Numbered from the stretch's first letter, positions 8,968 through 19,133 are shown. The stretch is DNA of 64,000 nucleotides from Anaerolineales bacterium (GCA_034435275.1 DAOTXP010000014.1:300-64299); one strand, 5' to 3'. Program-made: numbers and translations. Notes: generated by a model from the sequence alone, not told the origin.

Positions 8968-10068
8968 ATGCCACGCAAATCTTCTGCATCCTCCGAACAA
9001 CCCTCCGGCCGCGCGGACGATGCCCGCCGCGCCGTTCTCGACAAGGCCGTCGGCGACATCTTGAAACGCTACGGCGACGGCTCGATCATGCGCCTCGGCG
9101 AACACAGCATGGTGACAGAATCTATCCCGACTGGCTCGCTTTCGCTGGACATCGCTCTCGGTGTTGGCGGCCTGCCGCGCGGACGCATTACCGAAATCTA
9201 CGGCCCCGAATCCTCCGGCAAGACCACCATCTGCCAGCACGTTGTAGCCGAGGCCCAGCGCATGGGCGGAACCGCCGCATACATTGATATGGAACACGCC
9301 CTCGACCCGACCTACGCGGCCAAATGCGGCGTGGACATTGACAACCTGCTCGTCTCCCAGCCGGATACCGGCGAGCAGGCGCTCGAAATCACCGAGACGC
9401 TCGTCCGCTCCGGCGCGGTGGACGTGGTGGTCATCGACTCGGTTGCCGCGCTCGTTCCCCGTTCCGAGATCGAAGGCGACATGGGCGATCCGACCATGGG
9501 CGTGCACGCCCGCCTCATGTCCCAGGCGCTGCGCAAACTCTCCGGGGCCATCAATCAGACCAAGACCACGGTCATCTTCACCAACCAATTGCGCCAGAAG
9601 ATCGGCGTGATGTTCGGCAACCCCGAGACGACCACCGGCGGACAGGCGCTTAAATTCTACGCCAGCGTCCGCCTCGACGTACGCCGTATTCAATCCATCA
9701 AGGTCGGCGCGGAGATCATCGGTAACCGTACGCGCGTGAAGGTGGTCAAGAACAAGGTCGCGCCGCCCTTCCGCACCGCTGAGTTCGATATTATGTATAA
9801 CGAAGGAATCTCCAAGTCCGGTGATATTCTCGATCTGGCCACCCAGTTCGAGATCGTCGAAAAACGCGGCGCATTTTTCTCGTTCAACGAGACCCGCCTC
9901 GGCCAGGGACGCGAGAACGCCAAGGAATTCATCCGCCAGAATCCCGCACTGGCCGCCGAGATCGAGAACGTCGTCCGCCAGAAGGCTTTGAGCGGCGAAG
10001 TCGCCCTACCGCTCGACATTGGTGGAGGCGACGGCGATGAAGGCGGGAGTGCCGAAGCCGAGGAATAG
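8968..10068 (+). CDS. recA: Recombinase RecA
   Basis: Walker [10 protein letters not shown] and the conserved RecA core ([53 protein letters not shown]-like segment). Confidence 0.97.
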   Translation: MPRKSSASSEQPSGRADDARRAVLDKAVGDILKRYGDGSIMRLGEHSMVTESIPTGSLSLDIALGVGGLPRGRITEIYGPESSGKTTICQHVVAEAQRMGGTAAYIDMEHALDPTYAAKCGVDIDNLLVSQPDTGEQALEITETLVRSGAVDVVVIDSVAALVPRSEIEGDMGDPTMGVHARLMSQALRKLSGAINQTKTTVIFTNQLRQKIGVMFGNPETTTGGQALKFYASVRLDVRRIQSIKVGAEIIGNRTRVKVVKNKVAPPFRTAEFDIMYNEGISKSGDILDLATQFEIVEKRGAFFSFNETRLGQGRENAKEFIRQNPALAAEIENVVRQKALSGEVALPLDIGGGDGDEGGSAEAEE

Positions 10069-10101
10069 TCTCCAATCCTTTTTGAACGAAGGCCACCACA
10101 G

Positions 10102-10653
10102 ATGGACACGGATGGGCGCGGACTGCAAAGAAAAAGAGTCTGGGACCTCCTCGTTCCTCTGTGGTTTGTATTTTTGACCGCCTGCGCGCCTGCGACCACA
10201 CCCACCTTCTTCCGTCCTCCCTCATATATTGAACCGACCCCCACCGCGATCAGCCAGCCGACAAACGTCCCGCTCCTGCCTTCCCCGCTCCCGCCCGATA
10301 CGCCTACCCCGATTCCCTGCACCAACGATCTGACCTTCCTGCAAGACCTGACCGTTCCAGACGGCACCGTCCTTGCCGCGGGCGCGGTGGTGGACAAGCA
10401 ATGGCTGGTGCAAAACAGCGGCACCTGCAACTGGGACGCACGCTATCGCCTGAAACTGATCGGCGGCAACGCGATGGGCGCGGCCCCCGAACAGGCCCTC
10501 TATCCTGCCATCGCAGGCTCCCGACCCGCCCTGCGCATCGTCTTCACCGCGCCGTCTGAGCCGGGCACGTACTCCAGCGAGTGGCAGGCGGTTGACCCGG
10601 ATGGCGTCGCGTTTGGAGACAGCATATTTATCGAAATAGTCATCGCGCCGTGA
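10102..10653 (+). CDS. Lipoprotein with an NBR1-like Ig (N_BRCA1_IG-type) domain
   Basis: Lipobox VFLTAC and a PT linker, followed by VPDGTVLAAGAVVDKQWLVQNSGTCNWDARYRL...GTYSSEWQAVDPDGVAFG. Confidence 0.6.
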   Translation: MDTDGRGLQRKRVWDLLVPLWFVFLTACAPATTPTFFRPPSYIEPTPTAISQPTNVPLLPSPLPPDTPTPIPCTNDLTFLQDLTVPDGTVLAAGAVVDKQWLVQNSGTCNWDARYRLKLIGGNAMGAAPEQALYPAIAGSRPALRIVFTAPSEPGTYSSEWQAVDPDGVAFGDSIFIEIVIAP

Positions 10654-10677
10654 TAACCTTATCATCTGGAGTTGAAC

Positions 10678-11055
10678 ATGTCCCCTCAGGACTTTCCTCT
10701 CGTCTTCCAGCAACTCAAAGCCATCCTGCAGCCCTTTGCCCCGCACCTGACTGTCAAGGCCGACACGGGCGAGACATATTATCTCGACGGTCCCTTCAGC
10801 CCAAAATACAAGAAGGAACTCTTTTTCGGTTCGGCACAGGTCAAGAAGAATTACGTCAGTTTTTACCTGATGCCGGTTTACATGGATCCTGAACTGCTGA
10901 AAGGCATTTCGCCGGGACTGAAAAAACACATGCAGGGCAAATCCTGCTTCAATTTCAAGAAAGTCGAACCCGCGTTATTCGAAGAACTTGCCGCCCTGAC
11001 TCGCAAGGGATTCGAATCTTTCATGCAAAGAGAATTTGATAGAATGACGGTGTGA
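10678..11055 (+). CDS. DUF1801 (YdhG-like) domain protein
   Basis: The segments KKNYVSFYLMPVY...LKKHMQGKSCFNFKK resemble DUF1801. The ATG at 10678 lies 7 nt after GGAG. Confidence 0.6.
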   Translation: MSPQDFPLVFQQLKAILQPFAPHLTVKADTGETYYLDGPFSPKYKKELFFGSAQVKKNYVSFYLMPVYMDPELLKGISPGLKKHMQGKSCFNFKKVEPALFEELAALTRKGFESFMQREFDRMTV

Positions 11056-11765
11056 AACTCCCTTGCCTCCTGCTGACCCTCAGCCTGCTGGCCGTTACCC
11101 TGGCCTGTTCTCTGCTCACGCCGGGACCCGCCACCGCCCCCGTGGACTCCCAGGCCACCATCCGGGCCGCCATCGCGCAAACCCAGACCGCTGTTTTTCT
11201 CCCCATTATTCCGACCATCACACCGACGCCAACTTCCACAATTGTCCCACCCTCGCTCGTCCCGACAACGGAAGAGCCCACAACCTACGGCGGCATCAAA
11301 ATCGAGGGCAATCAGGCCTTCATTGACCAGACCCGAGCCGCGCTTGCCCTGCTCGAATCCCTGGCGCCGGATGCCTTCCTCAAAACGCAGAAGTACGTGG
11401 GCCTCATCCAGCAGGGACAGCACAGCGGCATGTGGGCCTGGGAGGAACCGCCCCGCTACGAGGTCGGCGACCCGACCGCATTCTACAGCGTCACCTGGTA
11501 TGCCTCCACCATCGCCCACGACGCCACCCACTCGGAACTGTATCATCAATATGAGGCCGCGCACCCCGGCGAGCCTGTCCCCGATGACGCCTGGGGCGGG
11601 ATCGAGATCGAACGCTTCTGCATCGGCTACCAGTTGAATGTCGCGCAACGCATCGGCGCGCCCGCCAGCGAGCTGGAATATCTCGCCAGTCTCGATGGCA
11701 CTCACTGCGACGTGGACGGCGACAACGACTGCGACTGGGACGACTACTATCAGCGCGACTGGTAA
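11052..11765 (+). CDS. Hypothetical secreted protein or lipoprotein
   Basis: GTG start overlapping the upstream stop (GTGA). Signal peptide MKLPCLLLTLSLLAVTLAC, then a PT linker. The C-terminal domain is unrecognised. Confidence 0.5.
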   Translation: MKLPCLLLTLSLLAVTLACSLLTPGPATAPVDSQATIRAAIAQTQTAVFLPIIPTITPTPTSTIVPPSLVPTTEEPTTYGGIKIEGNQAFIDQTRAALALLESLAPDAFLKTQKYVGLIQQGQHSGMWAWEEPPRYEVGDPTAFYSVTWYASTIAHDATHSELYHQYEAAHPGEPVPDDAWGGIEIERFCIGYQLNVAQRIGAPASELEYLASLDGTHCDVDGDNDCDWDDYYQRDW

Positions 11766-11797
11766 ACGATCCCTTCGAGTGATACAATCGAACCGCG

Positions 11798-11822
11798 GAA
11801 AAGGCCGGCTCGGCCTTTTTCT
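11798..11822 (+). terminator. Rho-independent terminator
   Basis: The sequence gaaaaggccg-gct-cggcctttttc forms a stem followed by a T-run. Confidence 0.55.
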
Positions 11823-11896
11823 ATGCCGGCGGAAACAACCCACTGAGTTCGAGACAATGCCCGTCGGGCCATCTCACCCGCACAACAACGACTTTC

Positions 11897-13081
11897 ATGA
11901 CCTACAATTTCTGGCTCTTCTGGCGGATGGCCTGCCGCTCGTTCTTCAGGACCAACGCCCAGACGCGGCTCACGCGCAAGCGCCTCACCTTCATCATCCT
12001 TTTCTATCTCGTCTGGCCGATCGGATCGCTCTTCATCTGGCTCGGATTCCTGCTGGACGATATTTTCTTTCCCGCTTACAGAAAACAACCCGTGGTAAAG
12101 CCCCTTTTCATCCTCGGCAACTTCCGTAGCGGCTCCACATTTCTCCATCGCCTGCTCTCGCGGGATAAAGAGAACTTCACCAGCCTAACCACCTTCGACA
12201 TTTACCTCGCCCCCTCTGTGACATCCAAGAAGATCATACAGGCCGTCCATCGCGTGGACCGCTTCTTCGGGAGTCCCCTCAAGCGCCTCGCCCTGGCATT
12301 CGACCGCCGCTCCCTCGGCCAGGTGCGTATCCATCGCATTTCGTTCTTCCAGCCAGAGGAGGATGAGAACATCCTCATGCACATCTGGTCCACCTACTTC
12401 GTCTCGTTCCTCTTCCCCTTCATGGACGAGATGCCGCCCTACCAGTTCTTCGACGACGCCCTGCCCGACGAACAGAAGCGGCGTATCATGACTTTTTACA
12501 AGTCCATGCTCCAGCGTCATTTGTATGCAACCGGCAAACGTCACTTCGTCGCCAAGAATCCCGCCTTCAGCGCCAAGATCGAAACGCTCAGCGAGTTCTT
12601 CCCTGACGCCCGCATCATCTACCTCGTCCGCAATCCGCTCGATATGCTGCCTTCCACTATCTCATGGATCAACTACGCGCGTCGCGTCTTCACTGACCCG
12701 CCTCAAGCTTACATGTATGTGGACGAGATCGTCAAGATGACTCAATACTGGTATCGCCACCCGCTGAATTACCTGGACTCGCATCCTTCGACCCGTCACC
12801 TGATCCTGAAATACGACGACCTGATCCACACCCCCGAGCAGGTCATCCGCGATTTCTATCGTCAGTTCGAGTACGCCGAACAGCCCTGGCTCGACCGCAT
12901 CGTCGCACAGGCGGTGGAGGAGGCCCTGTCCTTCCAAAGCGACCACGTCTACTCGTACGAAGAAATGGGGTTTACACGCGAGCAGATCGTCGCGCTCTAC
13001 GAGGATATTTTTACGCGCTTCAAGTTCAGCCGCCGCGAACCTGTTTCACTTCCCCCCAAAGAACCCGCGCCCGCCGACTGA
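11897..13081 (+). CDS. Membrane-anchored PAPS-type sulfotransferase family protein
   Basis: N-terminal hydrophobic segments. 5'-PSB-like motif GNFRSGSTFLHRLL and 3'-PB-like motif IIYLVRNPLDMLPS. Confidence 0.7.
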   Translation: MTYNFWLFWRMACRSFFRTNAQTRLTRKRLTFIILFYLVWPIGSLFIWLGFLLDDIFFPAYRKQPVVKPLFILGNFRSGSTFLHRLLSRDKENFTSLTTFDIYLAPSVTSKKIIQAVHRVDRFFGSPLKRLALAFDRRSLGQVRIHRISFFQPEEDENILMHIWSTYFVSFLFPFMDEMPPYQFFDDALPDEQKRRIMTFYKSMLQRHLYATGKRHFVAKNPAFSAKIETLSEFFPDARIIYLVRNPLDMLPSTISWINYARRVFTDPPQAYMYVDEIVKMTQYWYRHPLNYLDSHPSTRHLILKYDDLIHTPEQVIRDFYRQFEYAEQPWLDRIVAQAVEEALSFQSDHVYSYEEMGFTREQIVALYEDIFTRFKFSRREPVSLPPKEPAPAD

Positions 13082-13086
13082 AATTT

Positions 13087-13113
13087 CTGCCCGGACGAAA
13101 CTCGTCCGGGCAG
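13087..13113. terminator. Bidirectional hairpin between convergent genes
   Basis: Perfect 11-bp stem ctgcccggacg / cgtccgggcag with a 5-nt loop. Confidence 0.6.
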
Positions 13114-13118
13114 ATGCT

Positions 13119-14000
13119 TTATTTAGCCTTTTGCGCCGGGCCGATTACTTTATATTGCTCCGGCCACCGAATGGACGGCTTCCTTAAAACCCCGTAACGC
13201 GATAACAACACGAACAGGCCTGCAACCGCCATCAACGCCGAGACCAGCGCGCTGTAGGTAAAATTAGTTCCGGGCACAAGCGGCTGGTCGGGGCGGAAGA
13301 ACTCGATGCACACGCGCCCGACGCCTGCCAGTACCAGCCACCAACCGAAGACCGCGCCGGGCTTGAACCTTTCGGGAAAACGACGGACGGCCCACAACAA
13401 CAGTCCCGCCGCGGCGAAGTTCCAGATCATTTCGTACGCAAAGGTCGGGTGGAAGCGCGTCGTTTCCTCGGGATATAGACTCAAATCCGAATAAGCCGGG
13501 AGCCGATGCTCAGCGGAGATCGGGATGCCCCATGGAAGGGTCGTCGGCGGCCCATAAAGTTCCTGGTTGATGAAGTTAGCAGGCCGGGCCACGGCTTGTC
13601 CTATCAGTGTGACGGGCGCAACGGAATCGAAGAACAGCCACAAGTCCAGATTGTTGCGGCGCAGGAAAACGATCAGGGCAACGGCACCGAAGAGTAGTCC
13701 GCCGAAGAAGTGCAGTCCGCCCTGCGGGATGTTCAGGATCTGCAAAGGATTATCCATGTAATAAGGATTTCCGCCCAGTGTGGCATTGGCCACATACCAT
13801 AACCGCGCGCCAAGGATTCCGATGGGAAGTACCCAGACTAGTGCATTCCAGATGTGGTCCGTGTTCTCGCCGCGGCGCTTCAATTCGCGTTCGGCAACCA
13901 GCCCGGCGACGATCACCCCCAGCATAACCAACACGCCGTACCAGCGCAGGGTGAGGGTGAAGTTTCCAATCTCAATTGAAAAAATGACGGGGTCAATCAA
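13119..14000 (-). CDS. lgt: Prolipoprotein diacylglyceryl transferase
   Basis: FTLTLRWYGVLVMLGVIVA..., GILGARLWYV and GGLHFFGG are typical Lgt motifs, in a polytopic membrane protein. Confidence 0.9.
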   Translation of the reverse strand: MIDPVIFSIEIGNFTLTLRWYGVLVMLGVIVAGLVAERELKRRGENTDHIWNALVWVLPIGILGARLWYVANATLGGNPYYMDNPLQILNIPQGGLHFFGGLLFGAVALIVFLRRNNLDLWLFFDSVAPVTLIGQAVARPANFINQELYGPPTTLPWGIPISAEHRLPAYSDLSLYPEETTRFHPTFAYEMIWNFAAAGLLLWAVRRFPERFKPGAVFGWWLVLAGVGRVCIEFFRPDQPLVPGTNFTYSALVSALMAVAGLFVLLSRYGVLRKPSIRWPEQYKVIGPAQKAK

Positions 14001-14069
14001 GAGACACCTCGAGGGGTAGTTTGGATTTCACATTATATCATTCGAGGAATTTGACCATCATCGGGAAAT

Positions 14070-14101
14070 CAAAAAGGAACCGAGGATACTCGGCTCCTTT
14101 T
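14070..14101 (-). terminator. Rho-independent terminator downstream of the small minus-strand ORF
   Basis: On the minus strand the sequence reads aaaaaggagccgag-tatc-ctcggttccttttt (one mismatch) followed by a T-run. Confidence 0.5.
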
Positions 14102-14193
14102 TCCTCGATGTGGACGGCAAAAAGGCAACTGCTAATGAGCAACGCGAATTACTAGCCTAGGCAGCAACAATATTTCTCGCTTGCGGCGAGAAC

Positions 14194-14418
14194 TCATTTT
14201 GGCAGGAGGATGCCTGTCGTGGCGTTTAGTACATGAGCGGCTTTGCGCAGATTGCTCAAGTAGATATCATTGTCACCAAAATCATCGAATTCTTCGTAGG
14301 TGCCTTTCCAGATCTTGATCGCAGTCGGCTCGCTGCACCCGCGTTTCCGCATTTCCCCAATGAACTCGTCATAGGACATGTTGATCTTCGCCGCCAGTTC
14401 TTGAACCCTGCTTGTCAT
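14194..14418 (-). CDS. Small hypothetical protein, possibly HTH (XRE-like)
   Basis: 74-aa ORF in an AT-rich islet. VQELAAKINMSYDEF...IKIWKGT...LSNLRKAAHVLNATTGILL loosely fits an XRE helix-turn-helix layout. Confidence 0.4.
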   Translation of the reverse strand: MTSRVQELAAKINMSYDEFIGEMRKRGCSEPTAIKIWKGTYEEFDDFGDNDIYLSNLRKAAHVLNATTGILLPK

Positions 14419-14663
14419 AGCGCTGCTCCTTTCTTAGCTAAAGCAAAGGGATTAAGTCTCCTGAATGCTAATCCAGCCTTCGATTACGCTCATGCTTAAG
14501 AATTTACCAAAAGATAATCCTGTATGCCCACTAATCATGAATTAATTTTCAACGATTAATCATTTTTCTAAGTAGCATTACAAAGCTGTTAGTCTATTAC
14601 GATTTTATGTACAAATATCAAAATCGTCAAGTCCGATCAAATGTTGCGGGCTTTTATAGAATC

Positions 14664-15698
14664 TCAAGAAACTGCCCTTAGACGGTGGACGAAAAAGATC
14701 GCCAGCCAGAACAGGCCCACGGCGCCGGCCTGGTGAATGGAAGCCGCTGCAATGTTGACGTTGAACAGCACCACTAGGATCCCAAGCGTGATTTGAGCCA
14801 TCACTGCGACGACCAGCCACCCCAGTCCGCGCACGATTTCGGGAGGATAGTTCCGTTTCCTTGCCTGCCAGTACGCCAGCAACGCGACAATCAGCCCTGT
14901 GAACGCAAACCAGCGATGGATGAAGGCGACTGTCTGCGGGACCTTGACCAGGTTGTTTAGGTCGAATCCCTCCGCGCCGAAGATACCGCGCGGAATCCAT
15001 TGCCCCAGCATGAGCGGCCAAGTGTTCGAGACGTGACCTGCCTTGAGTCCAGCCACGAGCCCGCCATAGGAAATCTGGACAAGCAAGACGAGCAATGAGA
15101 CGACAGCCAGCTTCAGGAGGGGTGGCCACTTCGTTTTTTTGCCCGGCGCAGGGAATCCATACTTGTGGCCAAAGGCCGTCCATAACGCCAGCCCGAGCAG
15201 GGCCAGAGCGAAGAGCAGGTGGATCGTCAGGCGAAAGTGATCCACTGCAGGACGATCCACCAGTCCGCTGGCGACCATGTACCAGCCCATGAAGGCTTGT
15301 CCGATGAAAAGCAACCCCATTAGGAGATAAGCACCAAATTCCCGCCCTGGGATGATTCTGCGAAAGAGGAAATAAAAGACCGGGAAGGCATAGGCTAGCC
15401 CTGCTAGTCTCGCGACGAGCCGGTGGATCCATTCTATCCAGAAGATGTACTTGTACTCGTCCAGTGTCATGGCCGAGTTGACATGGATGAATTCGGGTGT
15501 TTGCTGATATTTGGCAAATTCCTCCTGCCAGGCGTTTTCGCCGATGGGCGGAATCACTCCACTAATTGGATTCCATTCGACAATGGACAGCCCTGAGCGC
15601 GTCAGACGAACAAATCCCCCAAAGACGATGAGAAACGCCACGAGTGCGGCGAAAAAGAACAACCAGTTCATCACAGCGCGACTTTGTGTTTGCGGCAT
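14664..15698 (-). CDS. ctaA: Heme A synthase (COX15/CtaA family)
   Basis: FGGFVRLTRSGLSIVEWNPISGVIPP and the conserved His-containing TM helices (WIHRL, FIHRW). The start may be at 15722 or at 15698 (MPQTQ). Confidence 0.8.
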   Translation of the reverse strand: MPQTQSRAVMNWLFFFAALVAFLIVFGGFVRLTRSGLSIVEWNPISGVIPPIGENAWQEEFAKYQQTPEFIHVNSAMTLDEYKYIFWIEWIHRLVARLAGLAYAFPVFYFLFRRIIPGREFGAYLLMGLLFIGQAFMGWYMVASGLVDRPAVDHFRLTIHLLFALALLGLALWTAFGHKYGFPAPGKKTKWPPLLKLAVVSLLVLLVQISYGGLVAGLKAGHVSNTWPLMLGQWIPRGIFGAEGFDLNNLVKVPQTVAFIHRWFAFTGLIVALLAYWQARKRNYPPEIVRGLGWLVVAVMAQITLGILVVLFNVNIAAASIHQAGAVGLFWLAIFFVHRLRAVS

Positions 15699-16032
15699 GA
15701 TTTCTCCAAATAGAAGCGGCAAGGATTATAACATCAGAGGAATCCATAAGTCGTTTGTACCTGGTCTTCGGACAAGAGTTCAGACAATTTCCCAAAATCT
15801 GCTCCGAGTACCGTCTCCAACGCTCGAAAACCAGCCTAATCGCCGCCGGGGACGGCGGCGAGAGCCCCGGTTTTTCTAGATGTCCGAAATAATGCCCGAA
15901 CTTCAGTTTGTACACGTTGACACAATATGACATTCGTCGTAACATTTTTGTGACAAATGAAACGTGTTTTCTGTACAACAACTCTTACAATAAAAGTAAT
16001 CGTTTACCAATTTCGTCAGGGTTTCTCCAGCC

Positions 16033-16491
16033 ATGATACGCATCAACCGACAAACCGATTATGCCATCCGAGTAGTACTCGCCCTCTCCAAGCGCGGACA
16101 GGGGGTGCGGGTTCCAACAGCGCAGATTCAGCAGGAGATGCTTATTCCGCCGGCGTTTTCACAGCGCATCGTGGCCGACTTGGCGCGGGGTCATTTCATT
16201 CTGACGTTCCCGGGCCGGGACGGGGGACTCTCGCTTGCCCATCCCCCACATGAGATTAACCTGCGGCAGATAGTGGAGTATTTCGAGGGGCCCTTGCTCG
16301 TTTCAGAATGTTTACTGCAAAAAGGAGATTGTCCGTTCGATACGAAATGCCCGGTGCGTTGCCGCTGGGGACGATTGCAATCGGTGATCCTGCACGAATT
16401 GGAAAGCATCACGTTTGATCAGCTGGCAGAAGAAGCCGGGGCGCTGGATACCGTACTCTCGGAGGGCAGTCCAGCCCGGCTCCCGATTTGA
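16033..16491 (+). CDS. Rrf2 family transcriptional regulator
   Basis: MIRINRQTDYAIRVVLALS..., the Rrf2 HTH. Also a Cys cluster (SECLLQKGDCPFDTKCPVRC) that could bind an Fe-S cluster. Sits directly upstream of cydAB. Confidence 0.85.
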   Translation: MIRINRQTDYAIRVVLALSKRGQGVRVPTAQIQQEMLIPPAFSQRIVADLARGHFILTFPGRDGGLSLAHPPHEINLRQIVEYFEGPLLVSECLLQKGDCPFDTKCPVRCRWGRLQSVILHELESITFDQLAEEAGALDTVLSEGSPARLPI

Positions 16492-16567
16492 GGCGAGGAG
16501 GAGTCATCTGACAAGACGATACACAATCCATTCTTCAACCAATAAACTTTTCAAAGGAGATTGATTT

Positions 16568-17956
16568 ATGGATCCAATCACACTTTCAAGGTGGCAGTTC
16601 GGCCTGACGACCGTCTACCACTTCCTGTTCGTCCCGTTGACGCTTGGCATGGGGTGGTTCGTCGCGTATATGCAAACGCGCTATTACCAGACGCGGGACG
16701 AGGAATACCGCAAGATGGCAAAGTTCTGGGGTAAGTTGTTCCTGATCAACTTCGCCATCGGCGTCGTGACCGGCATCGTGCAGGAATTCCAGTTCGGCAT
16801 GAACTGGTCGGAATATTCCCGCTACGTGGGCGACATCTTCGGCGCGCCGCTGGCGGTGGAAGCCCTGCTGGCGTTCTTCATGGAATCGACCTTCCTCGGC
16901 ATCTGGATCTTCGGCGAGGGACGCGTCCCCGAGAAAGTACATCTGGCTTCGATCTGGCTGGTCGCCATCGGCTCGAACCTGTCCGCGCTTTGGATTCTGC
17001 TAGCCAACGGCTGGATGCAGCACCCGGTAGGATTCGTGGTCAACGAGGTCACCGGCCGCGCCGAACTGGTGAATTTCTTCGCCCTGATCGGCAACCCGAA
17101 GGGCTGGCTGTTCTTCTGGCACACGATTGCCTCGGGCTTTGCCACGGCTGCGTTCCTGATCCTGGGCGTGAGCGCGTACCACATCATCCGCAAACAGAAC
17201 GTGGACCTGTTCAAGCGCTCGTTCCAGATGGCGGCGCTGGTCGGCTTGATCGCCAGTGTCTTCGTCTTTCTCGGCGGCCACACAAACGGCCAGTACATGT
17301 ATGAGACCCAGCCGATGAAGTTCGCGGCCATCGAAGCCCACTGGGAGACCTCCCAGCCCGCAGATTTTTCCATCCTCACCATCGGCGACTTGAGCGGCAA
17401 GCGCGAGGTCTGGTCGTGGCGTATGCCCCGCGTGCTGAGTTTCCTCGCCTGCAACAACTTCGACTGCGAAGTGCGCGGCGTGTACGACATCCAGGCGGAA
17501 TACGAGGCGGCTTACGGCCCCGGCGATTACATCCCCCTGATGGTTATCACCTACTGGACCTTCCGCTTTATGATGGCCATCGGCTTCATCATGATCCTGG
17601 TATCGGCCATCGCCCTGTGGAACGCCATGCGCAACCGCGTCGAAGGCTCGAAACTGCTCCGCTGGCTGCCCGCCATGATCGCCCTGCCCTACATCGCCAA
17701 CATGAGCGGCTGGATCCTGACCGAAATGGGACGCCAGCCGTGGATCGTGCAGGGACTGCTCAAGGTGCAGGACGCGGTCTCTCCGAACCTCACTACGGTT
17801 GACCTGCTCATTTCGCTCATCGGCTACGTCGCGGTCTACGGCGCGCTGGCTGGAGCGATGTTCCACCTGATGAAAAAATATGCCATCGCAGGCCCCGATG
17901 CCGCCATGCACGAATCGGTTGACGCGGCTCCCGCCGCCGTCGGCGCGCAAGACTAA
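16568..17956 (+). CDS. cydA: Cytochrome bd ubiquinol oxidase subunit I
   Basis: LSRWQFGLTTVYHFLFVPLTLGM, WGKLFLINFAIGVVTGIVQEFQFGMNW and the GRQPW motif. Preceded by the RBS aaaggaga. Confidence 0.95.
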   Translation: MDPITLSRWQFGLTTVYHFLFVPLTLGMGWFVAYMQTRYYQTRDEEYRKMAKFWGKLFLINFAIGVVTGIVQEFQFGMNWSEYSRYVGDIFGAPLAVEALLAFFMESTFLGIWIFGEGRVPEKVHLASIWLVAIGSNLSALWILLANGWMQHPVGFVVNEVTGRAELVNFFALIGNPKGWLFFWHTIASGFATAAFLILGVSAYHIIRKQNVDLFKRSFQMAALVGLIASVFVFLGGHTNGQYMYETQPMKFAAIEAHWETSQPADFSILTIGDLSGKREVWSWRMPRVLSFLACNNFDCEVRGVYDIQAEYEAAYGPGDYIPLMVITYWTFRFMMAIGFIMILVSAIALWNAMRNRVEGSKLLRWLPAMIALPYIANMSGWILTEMGRQPWIVQGLLKVQDAVSPNLTTVDLLISLIGYVAVYGALAGAMFHLMKKYAIAGPDAAMHESVDAAPAAVGAQD

Positions 17957-17970
17957 TACGGAGGCTCAAC

Positions 17971-19011
17971 ATGTCTTACGAATTTCTCCAAATCCTTTGG
18001 TTCATCCTGATCGCCGTCCTGTGGATCGGCTTCTACTTCCTCGAAGGTTTCGACTTCGGCGTGGGCATGCTCCTGCCCTTCCTGGGCAAAAAGGATGAAG
18101 AACGCCGCGCCATCATCAACACCATCGGCTCGGTCTGGGACGGGAACGAGGTCTGGCTCCTCACCGCAGGCGGCGCGACCTTCGCGGCCTTCCCGCACTG
18201 GTACGCCACCATGTTCAGCGGCTTCTACCTGCCTCTGTTCCTCCTGCTGGTGGGACTGATCCTGCGCGGCATCTCCTTCGAGTACCGCTCGAAGAACGCC
18301 GACCCGAAATGGCGCTCCCGCTTCGACTGGATGATCGCCGTTGGCTCCTTCCTCGCTTCCCTCCTGCTGGGCACCGCCTTCGCCAATCTTGCCAAAGGCG
18401 TACCCATCGGCGCGGACATGAACTACGTCAGCCCGAACGGCATCATGACCACCCTCGGCCTGCTCAATCCATACGGCCTGATCGGCGGCCTGACAACGGT
18501 GGCGGTCTTCCTCCTGCACGGCGCCAACTTTCTGACCCTCAAACTGGATGGCGACCTTCGCGAACGCGCCCGCGCCTTCGCGAAGAAAATCTACATCTTC
18601 GCCGCGGTCATGGTGGTCTTGCTGGCAGTCACCACCTACATCTACACCGACATCCTGACCAAGATCGGCATCAACCCTGGCATCACCCCCATCCTCTCAC
18701 TGGCAGCCCTGCTGGTCTCCATCTACTTCATCAACCGCAAAATGGAAGGCTGGGCGTTCATTACCGTGTCGCTGCACATCGTGTTGACGCAGATTGCCTT
18801 CTTCACACTGATGTTCCCGCGCGTGATGATTTCCAGTCTCAATCCCGAATGGAGCCTCACCATCTACAACGCCTCGTCCTCGCAATACACGCTCACGGTC
18901 ATGTCAATCGTCGCCCTGATCTTCGTCCCCATCGTGCTTGCCTACCAGGGCTGGACCTACTACATGTTCCGCAAGCGCATCAGCGCCGACAAGAAGACGC
19001 TCGTCTATTAA
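17971..19011 (+). CDS. cydB: Cytochrome bd ubiquinol oxidase subunit II
   Basis: LWFILIAVLWIGFYFLEGFDFGVGML and VWDGNEVWL. The position after cydA is typical for cydB. Confidence 0.95.
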   Translation: MSYEFLQILWFILIAVLWIGFYFLEGFDFGVGMLLPFLGKKDEERRAIINTIGSVWDGNEVWLLTAGGATFAAFPHWYATMFSGFYLPLFLLLVGLILRGISFEYRSKNADPKWRSRFDWMIAVGSFLASLLLGTAFANLAKGVPIGADMNYVSPNGIMTTLGLLNPYGLIGGLTTVAVFLLHGANFLTLKLDGDLRERARAFAKKIYIFAAVMVVLLAVTTYIYTDILTKIGINPGITPILSLAALLVSIYFINRKMEGWAFITVSLHIVLTQIAFFTLMFPRVMISSLNPEWSLTIYNASSSQYTLTVMSIVALIFVPIVLAYQGWTYYMFRKRISADKKTLVY

Positions 19012-19019
19012 GTTCGTTT

Positions 19020-19130
19020 GCACGTTTGAAGGTTTGAACGTTGGAAGGTTGACGGGGTATACTCGCTTCAACCTTCCAACCTTTTAACTTGCCAACCTTC
19101 GACCTTTAACTTTTGACCTTTGACTCAAAT
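19020..19130. repeat. Intergenic heptamer-periodic low-complexity tract with a 13-bp perfect inverted repeat
   Basis: gttggaaggttga (19040-19052) pairs with tcaaccttccaac (19068-19080). The flanks are units of the aaccttc/gaccttt type with 7-nt periodicity. Confidence 0.6.
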
Positions 19131-19133
19131 CTC

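Noticed and set aside
15723-16032. Imperfect inverted repeat (tgtacacgtt ... aacgtgttttctgtaca) in the ctaA/Rrf2 divergent region, as a possible Rrf2 operator.
   Set aside because: The arms are interrupted and short, and I cannot distinguish this from chance in AT-rich DNA without comparative data. It is kept only as a check inside the respiration-cluster finding.
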